Shown here one piece after another: positions 57,687 through 64,000 of a stretch of DNA of 64,000 nucleotides (position 1 is the stretch's first letter; every line of letters starts with the position of its first letter). Source of the stretch: Magallana gigas. Taxonomy: Eukaryota. A program made the translations under genes and the position numbers. A model generated the notes under the pieces. That model had not been told where the DNA came from and did no database searches. It saw only the letters and a program-made list of their open reading frames with translations. The stretch lies in contig NC_088857.1 in assembly GCF_963853765.1 (NCBI RefSeq), positions 38,812,001 through 38,876,000 on the forward strand. The letters are read 5' to 3'.

Positions 57687-60013
57687 TGCAAAACCTGTAA
57701 CATGAAAAATAAGTGCTGTATTACAAGCGTTTGGCGTTTTTTCAATAAGTAAAATCAAAATTCTACTCATAGTATGATATTTTACATTTTAAAATGCTTT
57801 AATAGACACTAAAGAAATAAATACCAATTTAAGGCTTCACTATGATATTATACTAGTATTTCATCAATGGAGTATTTGCTGAACGATTATTATTTATGAA
57901 CACTTCCATATTATTAAAAATTATCAAAAGTAATTAATGTTATAGAATTTCAAAGCCAGGTGGTATTATATAGTTGAACTTAGTTGGTTCCAGAAATGGA
58001 TACAAGGGAGTTATCATTGCAACAAATTACAACTCGCTTGGTACGCGGGTTATGTATTTTTCTTCCATGCATGCAACCCTTATACTAATAAGAACCTGCA
58101 GCAGAAAGCATTTAATAAACACTGTAATCAACTGGACCCGCATGGATATAGAGGCTCTATATGATTTGGTATATGTTTAGGTACATGTAAGTTAGTGATA
58201 TCATCAATATTTACCAATTACGATGAACTTGCGAAATACTGACCTGGCTCACATATCGTTCCATTAGGGTTTTTTTTTTTTGGGGGGGGGGGGGGGTACA
58301 TTTCAAGGTTTATCTTAAAAGCTCTGACAGAAATAACATCTTACCTATCTATCACTAGGCAGAAGGCAAATGTCAACATGACGTGAAACTTTAGAGAGAG
58401 AGAGAGGGGGAGAGAGAATGCACTGAAAAAAAATGCAACATATACAGTCTGCGCACGCATTTGCAGTTGGGACAACGTAACAATCTTGTAAAGAAATGAA
58501 TAAGAAATGCCAAATAGTGCAATGACAACAGTACATGGAACCCAACAGGCTATGTATGCCAAATCTCTCGTTCATTTGTTACATACAAAATTGTTACAAT
58601 GCCCCAACCAGTAATGCATGCCCCGGAGTGGGTCGGTGGTTCAGACCTCCTCTCCCTTAGAATCTGATGAACTGGTTGACCCCCCCCCCCCCCCACGGAA
58701 GAGCATTTAAGGTGAAATTGTTTAGGGGTAAGAATGGACCCTGACCTCTATTTAATCTAAGCATCGATATTTCATCATCACTGATTCTACCACATTGCGT
58801 ATTTACGTAAACAATTTAGTTATACATGTACATACACGTATGGATGTCTGATTATAATGTATTAATTTGGTGTCGTGCGCTTTAACTGTGGCATAATATC
58901 AACCCTGTCTTAACATTTACATCTTTATATAAAGGAGAAAATCCCTTACCTTTGATGAAGAGATAAGTTATATAAGACTCTTCCTGATGAAGACAAACGT
59001 CGACTGCTCGTGGAACTCCGTGCCTGTTTTATTTTTCACAGTTGAGCTAGTGTCACATTGTCCTTCTTGCAGATTTACTACGGTACCCTAGTGGTAGGTT
59101 AATCATTTAAAAGAAGTTTAACTTCTTGTGTGTCTGAGAATGGCATTTAAATTGCTTTGATTAGTATCATTTAAAAATATATTTGAATGATCCAATCAGA
59201 TTATTTTCTTTTAAACGATGATTTGTTATACGTTATGTTATGAAATATATCAATTCAAATCAAACCTACGAAACTTTACATCCAATGACAAAGTTCTCTA
59301 AAATTAGAAAATCTACTGCTAGTATACCAAACACACCGTAATGACGATTGTCTTTCTTGGTTATTCATGTTGGTATGATGGTAGCGAGCAGTCCATTGGA
59401 ACTGGTTCGAAGAGGCATCGGAACTGGTTACTCCGTGATTCGGTTTTGCTAGAAGCAGTATGAACGCAATACTCAGTATGTAAATAGAACCGTATGGTAT
59501 ACGTGATATTGTTCCAATAGAATTCGATTTCAAAAACGGCCGGTCGTTTCCAACCCAACATGTAGCGACTCAATATTGTTCTATCAATTAACAAAACGGG
59601 TTATGTTATTTTTTCTGCAATGATCGCTACCATCATAGCCCGCCTGAATCATCAAAAAAGTATAGGTATTTTTTAAAATATATCTTTTACATCTTTCCTT
59701 GAATTAATCATAAAGAGGAATTGAAATTTTGTAAATCATTGTTAACGTACATGTACATCAATACGTTAGATGGAAGAAATATAATGGGAATTTGGTTCGA
59801 CATCAACACGATTATTTTGTGCAGTTCTTTCTTTTTTTTTCAGGTTGCTGAATGTTTCGACCGATCAATAAACTGATTAAAACTTGATCCTGCAGATTTC
59901 AACCCTGTCAGTTTCTATAGAGCTATGAATCACAAACGGTTTGACCAAGAAAAAGAGAAATATTCAGGGATGTAGATATTTAAACAATAAAATGTTGTTT
60001 TGTAGCAGAATTG

Positions 60014-60330
60014 TAAATATACCAGGGATGTGCATATTACTTGAAATTTGATTTTTGGTAATTTATAAATTTAAAAAAATACCAGCTGTTGAACTTAGTC
60101 ATTTTTTTGGGGGGGGGGGGGCATAATATGGTAAATAGGGTACCCCTATTGTACGGATAACTCCTAAAGTTTTCAAGATAGGAAGTTGTTGTCTTGCAGA
60201 CCAATGGCGTGTATAATACATGTACATGTACTTAGATTTTGATAATTTTTGGGGAAAAAAATATCAGCTGTTGAACTTTGTTAGTTTTTTTTTTTTTTTT
60301 TTTTGCAAAACGTACCATATTTCTCAGGAT
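60014..60330. repeat. Interspersed repeat fragment with internal duplicated unit and palindrome (possibly Helitron-related)
   Basis: AAAAAATA(C/T)CAGCTGTTGAACTT occurs twice (~60075, ~60255); central palindrome ATAGGGGTACCCCTAT (~60135), partly repeated at ~60967. Confidence 0.4.
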
Positions 60331-60739
60331 GGTTAGTGTTTATCAATTCAGGGTTGACATGGATACTGTTCATACAAAAGAAAACCCGGTTTACTGACAT
60401 ATTGACAGCTTTTCTTTTGTTCATGAATAAAACGGGACTTTGCTTGCACAATTGTTTATTGTAATATAGAAACAGCCAGACTGAAATCTACATGCCCCAT
60501 TTATCGATTGGTCGAAATCTAAAGCGGCTGAATAAATTGACAAGCCCTGTTTATCGATTGGTCGAAATCTACAGCGACTAAAAAAAGTCACGGACCAAGA
60601 AATAATCATGATGATGCCAGACTCAAAGTCTCACAGGAGACGATTTGGCTGTTTCTTTTAGCTAACGTTTTTATGTACGTTAACAGTAATTCAGTGAATT
60701 TTACTAAACTTCATAACCAATTTATTAATTAGTTTGATA

Positions 60740-60899
60740 ATTCATTCGGGATATGAAGGTAGCGACATTGCAGAAAGAATACATAACCGGCGTTAGCGGG
60801 TTATGTAATTTTAACGCGGGTTATGTAATTTTTTCTGCAATAATCGCTACCTTCATAACCCGCATGAATCATCAAAGGAAGCATTTTAATGTGTATATT
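60740..60899. repeat. Foldback palindromic MITE-like element (most complete copy)
   Basis: ATTCATTCGGGATATGAAGGTAGCGACATTGCAGAAAGAATACATAACC ... GGTTATGTAATTTTTTCTGCAATAATCGCTACCTTCATAACCCGCATGAAT, with a small internal duplication. Confidence 0.8.
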
Positions 60900-63800
60900 A
60901 CAATATGTAACATCTTTGTTTTAACTACTTCTTTATTTTGAAACCTGTATGAGGAGTTATCCTACAATAGGGGTACCCTTTTGGCAGCCGCCCGCCCGAC
61001 ATTTCCTTTGGAAAACCCGGTTAATGAATGTTGTTTTGTACGCGAAAATAATTTTTTCAAATATCCTTGTGACAAAACAGCTGCTTCGTTGAATTAATGA
61101 GAATCAAGGGTCTGAATATTGCTGAACAAAGTAGAACGTCCAAAGCGGAAACAACTCTCCAGTTCACACCTGATAATGAAAATCTTACAAGTAAAGATGT
61201 TATTGTGACTTTTATTGATAACAGAATTTGTGGAGTAAAATTAATGCTGAAAATTAAGCCAAGGAACATATACATCTTCTACTATTATAAAAATGTGGTC
61301 TGAAAATCAACATGTTGAGTGAAATGGTAGAAAACGATAAATGGAGAATTAGAAAAAAAATCTGGTAAGAATTATTTACAACCAAACACTGAAGTCCAAA
61401 CATATCATCTTACTTATGCTAAAGTTTTCAAATTTTCTTATCAATTAAAAAATGAGAATAATGTTTGCTTTTATACAAATTGAAACAAATTTACTGGCAA
61501 GCTTTTTATAAGAAGAAAATCTTTTACATTTCTAAGAGCAGAATAACTCTACATAAATGTACATCTAGCCATTCTAATGTATTAAAGTTTAAAACACACA
61601 AGCAAGCCTGTTGCTATCCTTCTTTTAAAGAAAAAAATGTTACAAATTTCACAACAGCAGAAAAGCTCCGTAAAATGATAGTACAAAATGAAAATGTACC
61701 ATCAAGTAAAGATTCAGTTCCAAACAAATATTAATACCCGTTTAATGTCAAAGTTCACAATTCATTATGTGTAAGCACACATTTAAATTATGCAAGAAAA
61801 AAATGACCTTTTACATGAACATTTGGCACTTTGAAAAATAAATCATAACAGCTTTTAGTGATATTCTTCTGAAAATAAAAGTGAAAAATTGACAAACTTT
61901 GAATTCCCTGAAATTGTTTTAGTTACCCAATCAAGTTTCTGTAGATGATAGAAACTTGATGACGTGATGAGAAGCTAAAATGTATCTTTTAAACATGCAC
62001 CAAAGACAGAGGTAGACACAAAGGTTAAAGGGAAAAATTGAGTTCCAAAAAAGAGTTCCCACTTGTTCACAAACTACCCACCTACTGATGAACATACAGG
62101 TGAGTAATATGCATCATTACACAGGTATATATATTCTTATCACCTGAGACCAACCAAAGAGGTGTGCTTATCCAACATGCTGCCCCATATGTACTTTATC
62201 CTTTCCATGGGGGCACTACTTAATCATGGGGGCACTACTTAATGATACAACAAACGTCTGAGAAACAGAAAGAGACATCATAAACATGAAAATGGCCTAA
62301 GAATAAAGCACTATTTTATTCCTACATGTACATGTAAATATCTTCAATACCTAAGTTTTCAAACTAATTTTTTCAAATATTAATATTAGCCAGGCCTTGA
62401 TTTAGACCTGAAGAACCCTCACAGTCAATGGCTAGCTGGATGAAATATTGCTCTCTAGTTTTTTGTTGTTGTTTTTTTTGGCAATATTTGCAATTACACA
62501 TGTATTATTTAATAGACTAGAAAAACTTGATTTTTATGACTACAGGAAGTACATGTACATGTCCTTGCTAAAACCATACAAATCCAAACAGAATGACATT
62601 GTTCTAAGTTTCTTCAAGAACGTATCTAAATAGAGCATAAAAATATGCAGTATATCAATTTCAGTAAATAAAAAATATTTATAAAATTTTAAATGAATTA
62701 CTAGTGTATATATATCCCTTAAGAAGTTTACAAAAAAATCTTTTATATAACAGCCCCCCCCCCCCCAAAAAAAAATGTACACTGTACATGAAAAGGAAAA
62801 AAAAAAATAAGTGAAAAAAGAGGATTGAAAGCACTACAGATATAAGATAGCTGATGTATCACTCCAGAATTCTATTCAGAGTGTTGCCTACAATATTAAA
62901 AAGCTCACTATCAAATAAACACAGCCATGAAGATATTGAGCTAACAAATAAACACCATGTATGTAATTCAAGCACTCTAAACAGCACAAAATAATAACAG
63001 AAGACTAATGACGTAGACTATAACGTATAAAATTCTTTTTAAAAAAAATGGGCTACACAGACATGTAGTTTTTTTTTTTTATAAAATAAAACAAGTGATT
63101 TCTCTATATACTATACAATATATGGCACAGTTAAAGGTTGTCAGTCCCTCACTTCCTGATTTGGCATCAATCAAAAATAGAAACAATTTCAATGTGTCTA
63201 CTTAATTGTGCTTTACAACCAATCGGTATCATTGTAACATCTACATACAGATCCATCTATTGTTTAAGGTTGGTTTTTTTTTGCACATAACGGATCTAAA
63301 AGTTCTATAAACTCAGTCCACTTCATGGCAAAAAAATTAATATTTGAACTATGTCACAAAAAATGTCTTGCTAGAAAGAAACTTTTGTTTTCAATATTTG
63401 TATTAACTTTAAAATTTTAACATTGCAATTTCTAATGGTTAAATCATTAAAAAAAACATCAGTTGATCTAATCATGAAAATCAATTCTTAAAAGTATCTT
63501 TAAGTTCAGTAAAAAGCTATCACTGTTTTAGTTGAATTGGAAACAAAAAATCCAAGAGATTTGCAAACACCGGCAGTTTCCATTTCACTGATAACAAACT
63601 ATGTGGAAACCTGGATAAAATCTACTTGAGCATAAAAAATGAAAATTAGTTGATTTCTAATGATATGAAAACCTTGGTATCTAAAGAATATTGATCTTTG
63701 AAAGTTCAAAAATATTCCCTAAAAGCACCTTCATAATAGCTGAACTAAGCTCTGAATCTGTGAATGTTTAATTGCTTAAAAATAAAACAATTTGATCCGT

Positions 63801-64000
63801 GATTTGCAAGAGACACTTTTTGCCTAAACAATAACATATCAATACAAACTCCACATTGTATACAAGAAAATATGGAATAAAAGCATATGGATAATATGCA
63901 TAATGACACATTTAATATGACAAAGACAGTCAAGTAAAAAACTGGCCATGTACTGTTGGTTCAAAATAAAATCTGAATGAACAGTAACACACACTAATTT

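Noticed and set aside
57687-57770. N-terminal 28 codons of ORF 56481-57770
   Set aside because: They span a pyrimidine tract and acceptor (TTACAG at ~57695), so they are probably intronic.

Overview
AT-rich, intron-containing eukaryotic DNA, most consistent with a bivalve mollusc (oyster-like; inferred from repeat content and gene families). No rRNA, tRNA or CRISPR features are supported. Genes: (1) a single-exon aerolysin-family ETX/MTX2-type pore-forming protein (8764-9561, +); (2) a 13-exon class I cytokine receptor of the gp130/Domeless type (11442-17652, -), rebuilt by hand from splice sites and exon phases and mostly missed by the ORF track; (3) a single-exon orphan rhodopsin-class GPCR (-); (4) a single-exon non-alpha nicotinic-type Cys-loop receptor (+); (5) a 3-coding-exon RS-domain/coiled-coil protein (-); (6) a divergently transcribed 2-exon TEX52-like gene (+), with RFX X-box motifs between genes 5 and 6; (7) a B-box/NHL TRIM-like gene lacking RING and coiled coil (-). 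There is also a possible unannotated exon chain at about 26.7-29.0 kb. Intergenic DNA and introns carry two LINE remnants, TTAA-target (Kolobok-like) and TA-target MITEs, a Helentron/HINE-like element, foldback palindromes, microsatellites, a 276-bp tandem duplication and a 130-bp N gap. The most notable observation is the atypical cytokine receptor (degenerate WSxWS, no recognisable Box1, three DYI tyrosine motifs) lying tail-to-tail with a leaderless pore-forming toxin gene.
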